From NCBI GenBank assembly GCA_003693705.1, contig RBZT01000490.1, positions 1 through 38,136 on the forward strand: DNA of 38,136 nt, written 5' to 3'. The notes beneath the pieces were generated by a model, which saw only the letters and a program-made list of their open reading frames with translations, ran no database searches and was not told the origin of the DNA. Source of the DNA: Polymyxa betae A26-41. Lineage: Eukaryota > Protista > Endomyxa: Phytomyxea. Positions 23,499-37,639 of this stretch are shown here, one piece after another (within the stretch, counting starts at the first letter, position 1; each line of letters starts with the position of its first letter). A program made the position numbers and the translations under genes.

Positions 23499-23881
23499 GA
23501 GGCAGCCAAATGTGATCTCCTGCTGTCATCCATACCAATACAATACTGTCGGCAGGTTCAAGCTGATCGATCGCATGTTCTGAGAGTAGCAAATCTGGGC
23601 GCTGCTCGTAGCGTCTCTACTACAGAGAAGTGAAGGAGACTCCAAGACAAGGCACAACGCCGAGCTTGTGAGACAGACGGGGGTGGCTGCTCCGCTTCCG
23701 TGCCCTGCTCTGTCATCACTGGCAGAGTTACTACGTTACTGTCAATGACAGCAATGTATCACCTCTTAATCAATGTTCATTGTTGTAATCGTTCGTTGAT
23801 AGAGACATCGTCGTCGTCGTCGTTCATCACACTTAGTCAAAGGGTCAGCCGGCGCAGTTTCATGCCTGGCAGCCCGCTTGC

Positions 23882-25987
23882 ATGATCCTGGACTCGAGCC
23901 ATGAAGAGACCGGCGCTAACGATCGGCCTGGCGCCGGGCTCCAAGCCCACCTGCTGCAGTTCACCGGGCAGAAAGCCGGCATGAGCCAGGTCGACACAGA
24001 CAAGGTCCATCAAATCATCTATGAAGCGTCCAAAGATTCCGCCTATTATCGAAACCAGCAACGTCAAGCGGAACGCGTGTCGAAACAGCTTGAGAAAATC
24101 AAATCGAAAATCGACGCCATTTCTGAACAAGAAAAACATCAGGCCACAGCAGAAGCTCAGCGCGATGCAGAACGTCTTCGACAAGAGATGCGCTTGGATC
24201 GGACCTGGGTCTGTATCGACCTCGACATGTTTTACGCGTACGATAAAAGAGTAGCAATGTTGTAACGAGAGTCAAATTTTCGTGGAAACAGGGCTGTGGC
24301 GATCAGAGATAACCCTGAGCTGCAGGACAAGCCGGTGGCGGTTGGCGATATGCAAATGATCTCTACCGCATCGTACGTGGCTCGAAAATATGGAGTGCGA
24401 AGCGCTATGCCAGGTGATTGAGTCGAACTGGACTTAGCATTAGTAGAGCATCGTCAATCGTTCATTCAGGTTTTATTGCAGTGAGGCTCTGCCCTGACCT
24501 GGTTTTTGTGAAACATGGTTCGTCAGTGATTGCGGTTTTCAGAGATTGGTGTTGAGGAGCGCCTTTTGTAGATTTCGCAACATATCAAGCAGAAGCGACC
24601 AAATTCCGAGCGATCTTCGCCGATTACGACCCGCAGTTTACGTCATGGTCGTTGGACGAAGCCGTTTTAGATGTCACCGACTATATTCGATCGCACGGCG
24701 ACAGAATCACAGGCGAAGACGTAGCCAAAGAAATTCGTCGGAGAATCTTTGAAACTACGAAGCTGTCAGCGAGCTGTGGTGTAGCCTGCAACCAAATGCT
24801 CGCCAAGGTTCGTGTCTGTGACTCTGTGGAGGCCATCAACTGATGTTCGTCTGATGCAGATCTGTTCTGATATAAACAAACCTAATGGGCAGTATTGTCT
24901 GGCAAGCGATCGGCAGGCTATTGAAATGTTCATGAAAGACCTTCCACCGAGAAAAATCCCTGGCATTGGACGTGTCACAGAACGTGTAGGGATTAGTCGA
25001 CGTGTTTCCATGTGTGTTTCTGACCTTCGTTGTGAGCAGATTCTGAAGGAGATCGGCGTTGAAAAATGTGATGATTTTATTAAACAGGTATCAATTTTCT
25101 CATGGTTCTAACTTGATCAACTGACAGGGTTTGCGAGTTACGTTTTCTGATGTTTTTTTACAGGTTGCGATAGCCAAACAAGTCTTTTCTCCTCGAACGG
25201 TGCAATGGCTGTTGAGAGTCACACTGGGGTTGGGGCGATCGCAGCGATCCGAATCCGATCTCGAATTTCAGCCGCGGAAAAGCTATAGCGTTTCACGCAC
25301 GTTCTCGAGTCTTCATCGGCCGCAAGATCTGGAGCTCAAGCTGAAAGAAGTCGCTCAGAAGCTAGTTCGGGATACTCAAGAATATCCCGGCAAAACGTTA
25401 ACATTGATTGTCAAATCAGTCGATTTCCGGGTTACTTCGAAAGCGGTTACTATACCAATGTTCAACGCTTTTGGAAAATATGAGCTTAGTATTAATTAGC
25501 TGTTAGGTATATTTCCACATTGGATGACATTGTACATCATGGGACGATTCTGCTGCGTTCGCTGTTCCCGTTGCAGCTCCGGCTGATGGGGTTACGTTTA
25601 AGCGCATTGGCACCTGAGGGATCGCGTGATATTGCTCTGCGCCAACAGACAATGGATCGTTTTGTCAAGAAAGGGTCAGATGATTTACAGCCAAACACTG
25701 ACTCAATGGAGAATAACGAAGACCCAAGCGATCTTGACCCGTTTGAAAGCGATTGCGGTGATATCGAAATTGATCCAGAGTTTGGCGACGCGGTCGATGC
25801 GGATACTGATGATTCTATGGAACCTTCTCACATTCCGCAGGCAAATACCGGTGGTGACGATCTGAGGCGCTCAGAATCCGAACCGATGCCGAATATCAAA
25901 CCGTTGACCTATGCTGCGGCTCTTCGGCAGAGAAATCAAATCCCGATTTTGAATGCCTCGCGATTGTTGAATAGATTTAGCGATTAA
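23882..25987 (+). CDS. POLK: Y-family DNA polymerase kappa (DinB homolog); multi-exon
   Basis: N-clasp [23 protein letters not shown]; CIDLDMFYA; [18 protein letters not shown]; SLDEA; [13 protein letters not shown]; KIPGIG; RLMGLR. Confidence 0.92.
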
Positions 25988-26204
25988 ATCAATCGCAGTA
26001 ATTCCATCATTGAGCTAAAATTTCTGGGCCAATTGAATTTTATAAGGAAGAATTGGTCAAGAGACTGTAGATATCCCTCTTGAAATAAGCTCAGCGAAAC
26101 GATATTGGGACTATAAATGACCAAGAAGTATAATATAAAACAGGTTATTAGATAAGGTGGAGAGCAGGACTTGGCGTGAACATATGCTGGACATTATGAC
26201 ATGA

Positions 26205-26492
26205 TTACTGATTAGTTCCAGATCTTGAGCTCATATAGATGAGATCTTGAAGATATCTGAGCCTATGCTGTCCATTAGATAGTAAATACTTGATCTGGGT
26301 GATATCCTGTATATGTTTGGCACTATCAAATTCATGACGGATCTGAGCTGCCAGCTCTGTTCTCTGTCCTGCATCATGACACTCGCGAGTCACCCTCTGA
26401 TACGCCCGATACAGATCCCGGACTTGACGCCTCAACACGAACCTGCCCAGCTCGGCCGACATTCTCCGCTGGCGCATTCCCTGCGCCTGCAT
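26205..26492 (-). CDS. LYR-motif mitochondrial protein, LYRM2-like; true start may be the third Met at 26462
   Basis: FVLRRQVRDLYR..IRHEF..IKYLLSNG, the LYR-family pattern. Confidence 0.8.
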   Translation of the reverse strand: MQAQGMRQRRMSAELGRFVLRRQVRDLYRAYQRVTRECHDAGQRTELAAQIRHEFDSAKHIQDITQIKYLLSNGQHRLRYLQDLIYMSSRSGTNQ

Positions 26493-26505
26493 TCTCCTTA
26501 TCTAA

Positions 26506-27401
<896 letters not shown>

Positions 27402-27441
27402 GCGTCACGATACCCTTCTTGTCAAATAAACAAGTTTAAAT

Positions 27442-28008
27442 TTATAGTGTTGGAATTGTGGATGGGTTTCGTTTTCTTAACGTTGTCCTGGGCCCAGCAT
27501 GTTCTGGTAGAATCTCTCCTTGGTCTGTTTCTGTTGTATGAATTAGACACTCGTCTTCGGACCCTGAGGTCGGTATGGACGTCGTCCAACGATGGAATAG
27601 TTTTATGGCGCTGGATATGATCACATTGCCATAGCTAGAAGATCCTGATTCTGCTGTTTTAACAATCAGTTACAGGTTATATATTCCTAAAGAACAATAT
27701 GGATACCGTTCCTTTTCTGTTGATCAATTGCTTTTAACAGCATTCCTTTATGTTTTTGGCAGACCATTTTGCGTGTGTTTAAAAATGCAAGCTCGGCTTG
27801 CAAGTACTGGCGTTGCTGCTGAGTTTTGCAATCTTTCAGCTTGGTTTGAAGAAGGGCCATTCGTTCTTGTATATTTCCCAGTTTACTTTCAACTGCCATT
27901 TTGCGATCATTCTATGCCGACCAGGAATCACTCTCAACGTTTACCTCGTGCAATACTGTACTGGTGGCAATTATTGACACCGGATTCGCCACCAGCATCG
28001 CTGCTCAT
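27442..28008 (-). CDS. Hypothetical small coiled-coil protein; 5' exon uncertain
   Basis: Exon 27687-27899 is helical and charged; it has a GT donor and an AG acceptor joining it to the 27442-27624 frame; no family recognised. Confidence 0.4.
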
Positions 28009-28108
28009 ATTTCAATAGAATATTGGAGATCGAGTTCAAATATCTCCAGCTCAATCCGTACTAATACTCTTTGCACTGGATGATTTAATCAATAAATTCA
28101 TATTACCC

Positions 28109-31100
28109 TTATTTATTTTCTGATATTGATTCGGATAGTCCGAAATAGGTGCTTAGAGCTCGACAGAACCGATTCCTGTAGTCATGAGGGGGTATAACTG
28201 TGGGTAATGGCCGCCCCGCCAGCATTCCCAACGATTTGACTTGTGTTTCCAACATCTAAAACTCGGTCACTATTGAGTAAACATTTGAGACAAGAGACAC
28301 ATACAGCATCTAGGGAATAGACCCGAAGATAATCGATAATCGCTACCGCAATTTGTTGATTTTTCGTATCTAAACCGATCAAAACCGAGTAATCCACAAT
28401 TGATTTTGACGACAGAAAGGAGGTATCAATCTTGATAAGAGTTAAGATGGAAAAACCAATATCGAAACATTCAGTAAACCTTGAGCATTTCGAGTAGGAC
28501 GGATGCAGACAAAGGTGATAGAGCTAATGGTATTCCTTTCGTGTAACTCAGCAAGTTGCCATCTAAAAGAGTCGCTGATTCTCTCTGACAATGATTTCTA
28601 CAACGGAATTCAGTGAATGAAAAAGTTGACGGACGCGATCTTTACCCGAGGTCATTCTGTGCAATTTGGAGGGCGTCATCAGGGGTGGTCTCTGCGGCGC
28701 GATGTATTCTAGAACTGCCTTTCAAATCGAACACTTTATCAATATTCTGCATGCCATAGAACAAGTTTGGAGTGACGACCAAATGTTTCTGCACATTTCC
28801 CATTGTGACGCGATAAACCCCCAAGATAGGGGCCAAAATCGAAGCTCTATTTTGATCTAACGAAGTGCCTAAATGCCTAAACGACAACTAAGCGGTTATT
28901 GGGCCGAGTCCAATGGATATGCAGGTAACCTGTAATATTCAATCCCAATCTGTTTGAACACATTGATGTCCTTTTTCTTGACAATTTTGATAACGAGCCG
29001 ATTATCTCTGCTTTTGTTGAACGTCGCATCTGATTTCCCACCAGTGGCGATCCATTCGCCAACTTCATTTAAACTTAGGATAAACTCCTAGACAATATAA
29101 GCGCAGTGATTGAAGCCACCAAAAATTTACCTGATCTTGCCGATCGTCACCAATCGTCAGCCTTCGAATTGCAGCACTTTGCAGAGGGAAATAAACAACG
29201 CAGGTGCAATCCGAGCAGAGATTAGAAATGGTAATTTGACTCTCCCCAGAACCGTCCAACAATGATTCAATACAAGCCCGTCGGTTGTTGTCTAAATCTA
29301 TGTTGCAGAATGGTCAACTCCATGAAAAATATAAAACATCTTACATTGAACCAGGTTGCGATGAACACCAGAATCCAGCGCTAAAGCGATATTCATGGGA
29401 ATAGAATCTCCATTAAGTGAAGACACAGAGACAGGGGAAGAGCCAGAGTCTTTGCAGACCTGATTCCAGACACTATTCAATGAAGCGTAAGTTGTGGGTG
29501 ACAGAAAAATGACGGGGATGATTACCTGGCTTGATGTATCAACTTAAAACGGACTCTTAAAAGATCACGTGCAGAAAAAGGCTGTCTATGAAGAGTCTCT
29601 ATCAACTCCTGTCGATACCGATCAACATGGTCTCGTAACTGAGAAAACGTCCTAAAGTCGTCGAGACAAGCCATCGCCTATAACGTATATTGAATGGCTA
29701 AAAAGAGTTTCTATAAAAACCATTTACCAGATTCAAAAAATCAGAGCATGACGTGGAATTAGCATGCTCATCTGCAGGTAGATTGTTAAGTATTAAATTG
29801 GGGCATATCGAGTAGACATTCCGGCGACTACATGAAACCATCAAAGTCAACGATTTGACAGAAAACCATCTGATCGGGAACTGAGCAAATTCATGGGATG
29901 CTGCAAGCGATATACCGTGTATGATGGGACCGAAACCGATGTTGACAGAATCGGCAGCTGCCAGAGTCCTCAGACAGCATTAGATGAATAAACCGATAGA
30001 ATGACATCTGCAATGACGATGATGACAATGACAGAAGAGGGCTGCAGGTTGTGGCACCAGCACTACATAGTGAACACGTTGCCCAAGTCATGATGTCCGA
30101 TCCAGTGGGGCTACACATTGTTTCAGTGTTCGCACTGAGAAATCCAATAACGCCATATACAGGGGACTCTGTTTGAGTTGGAGCGTTACGCGGGCGCCCC
30201 CTTTCTCAAAAACAACGCTGTGTAATAGAGGCGATCGGCGACAATCATTGCAGGAGAAATAAGAAGTTAGCGTCAGTTCGTACAAAAATTCTCTCAAGGT
30301 CATATCGCCTGCAAACGACGATGTGTTCGTTGTTGTGAAGTCTGGAGACAACATCTAACCTTCCTCATAAAATTTGGCAATCTTTTGTCTACGGTAGCAC
30401 AGCCTGATTCAAAAAATCAACCGATATGTTTGCTGCAAGCTCGTACAGTTTCTTACCATGAATCCGCAACGAAGATCTGATCAAACGTTGCCGAGTGGCT
30501 ACATTGCGTTGATGCCAGAATGCTACATCGACCAGCTCCAGATTCATTCCCGTCTGTGTCTAGATATTGATAATGTTTTAGTTTGAGGAAAAACAGTAAG
30601 ACCTTGCTTGATATGACTGATACCAAAATCTCTTTCAAGCGCAAGCTCGCATCTAACTGCAGCTGAATCCACTGACAGAAATAAGGATCGAAGTTCGACA
30701 ACCTCGTGTTATACGCTTGAACAATCATCAGAGATAGCAAATCTATCGGGATGGCTGGCGTATTCAGAATGATTGTCGAGCCAGCAGAAGGCAAACAGCC
30801 CTGAAACAGACACAAAGAGAGCTCCGATGATCGATGCGTGCGAAAGAGAGAGCATGTCCCCAGGGTACCCTGAATGAAGACATTCACTCTATGACAATTA
30901 AAGTTCACACAGGCCCTCACATCTGTTTGGTCAATCGATTCCAGGATCGAGGCGCCAGTGCAACGAGCGACCCGTCGCAGGTCATCATCACTGACGTTGA
31001 CGATACATGTTACATTCCTCTCCAGTAGTAGCGATAGAGCATGGCCCGATACCGATCGATGCGTTAGCAGGACATCCGGCTGATATGCCATAATCTTATC

Positions 31101-32303
31101 GATTAAAATGCCGAGAAAAATTTTCTCGCCTTCTAATATCGACCCGATTGATGTCAGCCGGCCCGGATTTCGATCATACTCGATTCCTCCCTACAAACTC
31201 TGAAACTGCTATCACTCGCTGATTCAAATAACTGACCTGGAGCAATAATAATTTGGGATTCTGGACCAAGGTTCGCATACGACGATGAGCGACATTTTTT
31301 GATATCACACAGCCGAACATGCAGAAGCTAGTCTCAGACTCCGCATCTTGGCAGATCTAACATGATTCAGAAATGTACCACCGCTGATTTATGAGAAATA
31401 GGCTACTTGGACGTGACTTCTTGGGTCCCTATTATCTCCCAAATCAGGTCGTATCACCAAATTGCCTGTCGCTTGTATTGCTAAATTGATTGCACGAGAG
31501 CGAGCTTCAGCTGGCATCGTCTCCGAAATCGCCAAGTTCGTGAACGACTATTACTAGAGTCTTGATATATGATTCAATACAAACAGGTAGTTACCTGGAG
31601 TCGTTCATGAATGCGGTTTATTTCTTGCTGTCTGATATCGTCGACGGCTGCAATAATGGCCACGGAAGATCGCCGCTGGGTAGGCGGTCAGAGTGGCGAA
31701 CGAATTTTGAAAAACAAGACGACCTGAGTGAGAGTGGCAGTTTTGACGATATTGGCACAGTAATCACACGCTCGTCCAGAATCCAGTATATTTCTCGAAC
31801 AACTTCGCAATATCGGGTGTCAAATTTATACCGCACCATCACCGACAATCTCGGAACCATTCGGTCCGATTGGCGGTCTATTCAAAAACTATCTAGTTAA
31901 CATACCTGGCGCAGAATATCTGACCGCATTGACGACAATGATGCCTCCTCCTCTATTCAGTATGAATTTACCATAGATGGCACGTGTGGCTTTGAAAATT
32001 ACGAAGAGGGAGAAAGGGCGATCGCAGCTATAGCAAACGAAACAGGAGTTGTCAGGCATCCAGCCAGGATACGAAAGCGAAATCATCGAGCGTCCTCTGA
32101 AAACCAACCGTGAGCAAGACGCCTTTAAGAGTCCAGGGGTTAGCCGACCTGGTCAAATTGGAAGACTCTGTTGTAGATCCCATGTCGAGTTCGGGCATGG
32201 ACAAGGCATGAGGGAGGCGGTATTGCTGCCGGTAGTCGATGGGCGACGATGGCTGCAAACCTGGATAGGCAGGATTGGTACCATGACACTGCAAAGCATT
32301 CAT
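28109..32303 (-). CDS. FAB1: Fab1/PIKfyve-type PI3P 5-kinase (FYVE, CCT-like, Cys-rich and PIP kinase domains); many introns
   Basis: FYVE WMPD..C..C..FSLF-RRRHHCRQCGQIFC; HRRMRT..NPKLLL; YQPDVLL..RSVS; kinase GGKS..VIK, FDLKGS, LLDGNL, DYSVLIG, IIDYLR, TVIPPHDYRNRF; stop at 28109-28111. Confidence 0.88.
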
Positions 32304-32580
32304 AAACTGAGCACAACAACAAATGATAGTTTATAGGGCAGACCAAGACACGTTGATAATTCGTTACCGAATCCCAGTTAGCTGTATAGACTCAAGACAC
32401 GTATGCGACACCTTGATGGATAGAGAGAATTCAGGCAAATTGCCATTTGTACATCATAACATCAATCAATCACGGACAAGTACACTTAACAGAGACAACC
32501 AACTACCCTTTATCCTGAGGAAAGCCTTCTCCCTGTTTTCAATCCCAAATCCCAGTTTATTCGAAGTTGATTCACCGAAC

Positions 32581-33738
32581 TCAAACATTACACGAAAGCG
32601 GATGACGGTTTGATAAACCAAGCACCGTCAAGCGGTTGTCCATGTTGAAAATGGTGTTTGGAGGCAGTAAACCGAGCAGAAGCTGTTCGCGTTCATCTGG
32701 TCTTGTGGTGTTGGTTTCAGCCCAGCGGCGCAGCACTTGCATCATCGATACTGCATCGGCGTCGATACGGCCAGTATTTAGAGCTTCTTTGATCATTTCA
32801 TGACGAAGGTTCAAAAATCCTGCAGACGACGCGCAAGCCAAGAAGTTTTCCTGTAAGTATTGCATGCATCGTTCGGCTAGATACTCGCCACAAGCCTTTG
32901 ATGACCAGATCTGGCAAACATTATGGCTATCCAGATATCGAGTGACAATGACATGCTCGACCCAAGATTGTAATGAATGGATGCCAAGCACCCACGACCA
33001 ATGCATGGCATCGAACGCGGTAGCAAATGAACAAAGATCCTCGGCGCCTTCCATTTTCATAAAGCGTAAAGCCAGGACGATCTGATTAACAGGAACCGAG
33101 GAGGCATCGATAACGCATTCAGGAGAGTCAATCCGTTCGGCGAACCAGCTCGATCGAGCGGCGAGCAATACAGCAGATTGACGCCGGAATTTATAAGGTC
33201 CCACATTAATCGAAACTTTACCGTCGAATCGTGAAGAGTCAAAAAAAGGTGTCGTAGAAAGGGGACGCCTTGCAGGAGTTGGAGACAATTCTCTGAATCC
33301 AGACCCTTCTCCTTCTTCATAATTATTGGATTGAAACGAATCAGAACGTTCACCGGCGTCGCGATCGCTTGGCCGTAAGAAGCTAAATCGCAACATTAGG
33401 TTGATAACTAAATCTTGCAGAGATAACTGCCGAGCCATGCGTAGAAGTTCACCGGCTAGACTTGGAGAATTGATATCAGGGAATCTGGCAGTGTAAATGT
33501 ACTTCAATAGATGCAGGATGACTTCTGGGTCGGTTTCAATTTCAAGCACACTGCCAGATGACTGCAGGATTTCGTGCAAAGGTTCACATCGCGATCGCAG
33601 GATATCCGAATGGGCGAAGAACGTATGCGATCCACACAAAATTGTGACGTCATGCAGATGGGGATTGTTGACAAATTTGGAGAAGTCGGTGCCGCAATCG
33701 GTCTGGAAATGCAGCGACGGCAAGCATTTTCTGGACAT
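32581..33738 (-). CDS. Tandem BTB/POZ domain protein with BACK-like region; intronless
   Basis: HDVTILCGSHTFFAHSDILRSRC..LLKYIYT; a second degenerate BTB (VLLAARSSWF..LRFM); CMQYLQENF..GFLNL. Confidence 0.78.
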   Translation of the reverse strand: MSRKCLPSLHFQTDCGTDFSKFVNNPHLHDVTILCGSHTFFAHSDILRSRCEPLHEILQSSGSVLEIETDPEVILHLLKYIYTARFPDINSPSLAGELLRMARQLSLQDLVINLMLRFSFLRPSDRDAGERSDSFQSNNYEEGEGSGFRELSPTPARRPLSTTPFFDSSRFDGKVSINVGPYKFRRQSAVLLAARSSWFAERIDSPECVIDASSVPVNQIVLALRFMKMEGAEDLCSFATAFDAMHWSWVLGIHSLQSWVEHVIVTRYLDSHNVCQIWSSKACGEYLAERCMQYLQENFLACASSAGFLNLRHEMIKEALNTGRIDADAVSMMQVLRRWAETNTTRPDEREQLLLGLLPPNTIFNMDNRLTVLGLSNRHPLSCNV

Positions 33739-34316
33739 GGCAACACCACCCAGTTGATGGCAAGAAGCCGTTCCTCTCGCGTCGACGAAGATCTGGATCG
33801 GTGGGTACGGGCAGTTCACAGGGCCGGCACACCCTCGAATCTGACTTTGAAAATGTTCTGGAAACTGGCGTGGTTGGCCCAGGGCACACGCCTATGACAG
33901 CCAGCCCGACAATGACAAAGCCTTTAGTCAGAATGAGTCCCGAGGCCCAGGCTCACATACAGACATCGTGATAGTTAACGCCACAGTGATCTGTCCCGTT
34001 TGTCACTACTGTACTGATACAGTGCGGTTTGGGCCACTGTAGTTAGTGGTCGCACGATCACCAACGACTCAGCAATGAGTCGACTGGTGCACTGGCGACT
34101 CGGGCACAGTCAGATAGCCGATCCGATCCAGTGAATAAAACAGGTGTTTCGAGTCGCCCTCCACTATCACTATCGAGATTAGCCTGATTCAGCTTGTGAA
34201 TCAACTTGGCAGTTGTAGAGAGGTCATCAACGCTGACTACATCGATGCAGCTAAGACCTGGCGTGACATGCGCTGAGAGTCGAACAAATTGAATATTAAC
34301 TTAGTCGACGTTTTAT

Positions 34317-35015
34317 TCATGGTTTGAAGTTTCGCTGCCGCCGCATCTCTTGAATCTTGAGCTTATCGGCGGCGAACTGCTCGCGAATATGGGCGAGCTC
34401 GTTCACCCTATCGCTCCTGGCCCGAGATTTCTTGTAGAAGTTCTCCGAGACAAGAACTTTCGGGAGCTTCGCAGGGACAGGGCCCGACTTCTTAGGAAGG
34501 ATTCGCTTCTTGGTATTTCGTCGAGCTGATACAAGCTCGAAACCGTCTTCATCGACCATCTTGTTGCCCTTATTACGATGAACTTCAGCCTGCTCAGCGT
34601 CGAATGACCTCATAAACTCGTTAACGGTTTCCATTAATTCATCCGCATCCGGGATGCTTTCCTTATATTCTTGTCGCCATAGATCAAGTCCTGTTACTTG
34701 CTGCCCACGAATATATGGCTGGACGATATCAGAAGAATCGAAAGAAAGCGCACCTTCGATGCTGGATTTGTCGCAATATGTTAAAACACAAGAACGCGGA
34801 TGATACGAATGTGGGTTCTCTGCAGAAACACAGGAATCGACTGACCCGAAACAGGCGAATATATCAGCGACGTCCTGGTCGGAATAAAAATACGGAATGT
34901 TGTCGATCTGCAAGGCACAATCGGATTCATCTGAGGCCCAATATGGAATGAATCTCTTCGCCGAGCATTCTGGATTAGGTGTAGCAGCAACTGCCAGAAA
35001 TTTCAACACGGGCAT
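34317..35015 (-). CDS. RRP7: Ribosomal RNA processing protein 7; intronless
   Basis: N-terminal RRM-like region (IDNIPY..FACFGSV); VDEDGFELV; NFY; EQFAADKLKIQEMRRQRNFKP C-terminus. Confidence 0.88.
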   Translation of the reverse strand: MPVLKFLAVAATPNPECSAKRFIPYWASDESDCALQIDNIPYFYSDQDVADIFACFGSVDSCVSAENPHSYHPRSCVLTYCDKSSIEGALSFDSSDIVQPYIRGQQVTGLDLWRQEYKESIPDADELMETVNEFMRSFDAEQAEVHRNKGNKMVDEDGFELVSARRNTKKRILPKKSGPVPAKLPKVLVSENFYKKSRARSDRVNELAHIREQFAADKLKIQEMRRQRNFKP

Positions 35016-35494
35016 TGATCTAGGATTGTGGCCTGAAATAAAATTTCCAGGAAATCGCCAGACAAAACCGATCACGGAATGCCGAGATCCTGGAAAACTC
35101 CGTAGACAAAGAAGCTTTTTTTATGTCTGTTGAAAATATTGCTTGAAGATACTGTAAACTCTGTACGATAAGGTAAAGTACTGTTTAACGGATTGCAGGA
35201 CGAATATAATTCTGGGCCAGGACATCAATTATTATACATATATACGGAGACGAATCCAGTGACAACACTGAATCCTTACCACAAAATCACCGTGTCAGGT
35301 TAACGATGGACATCCAATACTCCTAACTCGACGCCCTCGTACTGAGTTTTAAAGATCTTTGGACCTGGACCATGTGTTGCTATTTCTTTCCTTATCGAGT
35401 GTGCTGAACTTGTTTAGTGCGTACACGGGCTTCGCACAGGGCTCTTCTCACATCACATCTGTCGGCCTCTGCTGCCTCTCCCCAATCTCACATC

Positions 35495-37372
35495 ATGCAT
35501 CAGGCTCCTGTTATAGTTCTGAGTATGCTGTCGCCATTCGCCTGCATTTCATCTGTATTAACCACTGTTTGTCGCAGACGAGAACGCCACACGTTCAACG
35601 GGTCGCGACGCCCAGCTGTCCAATGTCGCCGCCGCCAAGGCCGTCGCCGATATCATTAGAACAACGCTTGGCCCGCAGTCCATGCTGAAAATGATCCTGG
35701 ACCCGATGGGAGGAATCGTTCTCACAAATGATGGAAACGCGATCTTGCGTGAAATTGACGTCTCGCACCCGGCTGCTAAATCCATGATCGAACTCTCTCG
35801 TACACAGGACGAGGTGCAGCAGACCGCCTTTATGATTTTATTGTAGCTGAATGTATGATGATAGGAAGTCGGTGACGGCACAACTTCGGTGATTATTGCT
35901 GCCGGCGAGATGCTCTCCGTCTCGCAGCCGTTCCTGGAACAGAATATGCACCCGACCATATTGGTACAGGCGTACAGACTGGCATTGCAGGACGCCTTGC
36001 AGGCATTGTCCGATATCGCCATCCAAGTCGATACGAACGATCGCGAAACCATGATGGATGTCGTTCGCAGCACGATCGGAACTAAATTCGTGTCGCGTTA
36101 TGGCGATATGATCTGTAATCTGGCCTTGACTGCTGTCAACCGAATCGCTGAGACCCGACCTGATGGAAAGAAATTCGTCGATATCAAACGATACGCCAAA
36201 GTCGGCATCTCGCTTTTAGAATCCGTTTCGAGTTTTGTTGATGGTTGTAAAAGGTTGAAAAGATTCCGGGTGGTCTGTTGGAAGATTCCTTGGTGCTGGA
36301 TGGAATTATGCTGAACAAAGATATTACCCATCCCAAGATGCGACGACGCATTGTCAAGCCGCGGATCGTTCTGCTGGATTCGAATCTCGAGTACAAAAAG
36401 GGTGAGAGTCAAACCAATATTGAGATCAGTCGCGAAGAGGATTTCAGCGCCATTCTGAAGCTAGAGGAGGAGTACATCCAGAACATCTGTAACGCCATTA
36501 TCGCTGTTAAACCTGACATCGTCATCACAGAGTACGTACAGCATAGAGAGAAATCAACTTCAAAACTAATGCACCATCAACAGGAAGGGAATTTCTGATT
36601 TAGCTCAGCACTATTTAGTGAAAGCCGGAATTTCGTGCATCAGACGTGTTCGTAAGACCGACAACGACCGTATCGCTCGCGCCGTTGGCGCCGCGATCGT
36701 CAACCGTCCAGAAGAGTTGAAAGAATCCGATGTCGGAACTCAGTGTGGTCTGTTCCAGGTCGCTAAAATCGGTAAAATACTGCCCAGTTCAGCTTCCATT
36801 GGTTAAGCTTCATTCCTGTAGGTGATGATTACTTCTCGTTCCTGACTCAATGCGAGAATCCCAAGGCCTGCACAATCCTCCTTCGTGGAGCCTCGAAAGA
36901 TGTCTTATCGGAAATTGAACGCAACCTGACCGACGCCATGGCCGTCGTCAAAAATGTCGTCCTGGATCCGCGTATCGTACCCGGTGGTGGAGCGGCCGAG
37001 ATGGCGTTATCGCAGGCCTTGCTGAAGAAGTCGAAATCGATTGAAGGTGTTCACCAATGGCCGTACCGTGCGGTTGCTGCCGCCCTGGAAGTCATCCCTC
37101 GGACTCTGATCGACAACTGCGGCTCACAATCGATTCGGGTTCTGACGGCGTTGCGGTCGAAGCATGCGTCTGGAGAGAAAGAAGGTGTTGGGTCTTCGGG
37201 GTCCACCTGGGGTATTGATGGAGTCAAGGGTGAGATCGCTGATTGCAACGTCACCCGCGTCTTCGATACCTTCGCTGTGAAGTCGCAAACATTGAAGACT
37301 GCGATCGAATCGGCCGCGCTTCTGCTCCGAATCGATGACGTCGTTTCGGGAGTCTCCAAGAAGAAGGAGTGA
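35495..37372 (+). CDS. CCT3: T-complex protein 1 subunit gamma (CCT3); about 6 exons
   Basis: AAAKAVADIIRTTLGP, TNDGNAILREI, GDGTTSV, DIKRYAKVEKIPGG, HPKMRRRI, LEYKKGESQT, LLRIDDVVSG. Confidence 0.95.
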
Positions 37373-37639
37373 GCCACCATCTTTCATTGTGCTCGATTAA
37401 TACCATTCTATCATGTTAGTACAATTCTCATTACTGTATTCGTATTTGCAGGCTGTGTGTGACACAGCATTTAACGGATTTCGTGGCTATTTGGGCGTCG
37501 TTCTTCTACATGATGTACAGGAACTAATTCGATACGTTTACTGAAAAGCAGTCCATCAGTGTTTGTCGACAGGCTTGTGACCGTGCTCAGTTTTATTTAT
37601 GTTTTTTTACATTGCAGTACCGAATAACTTGGCAGTGCG

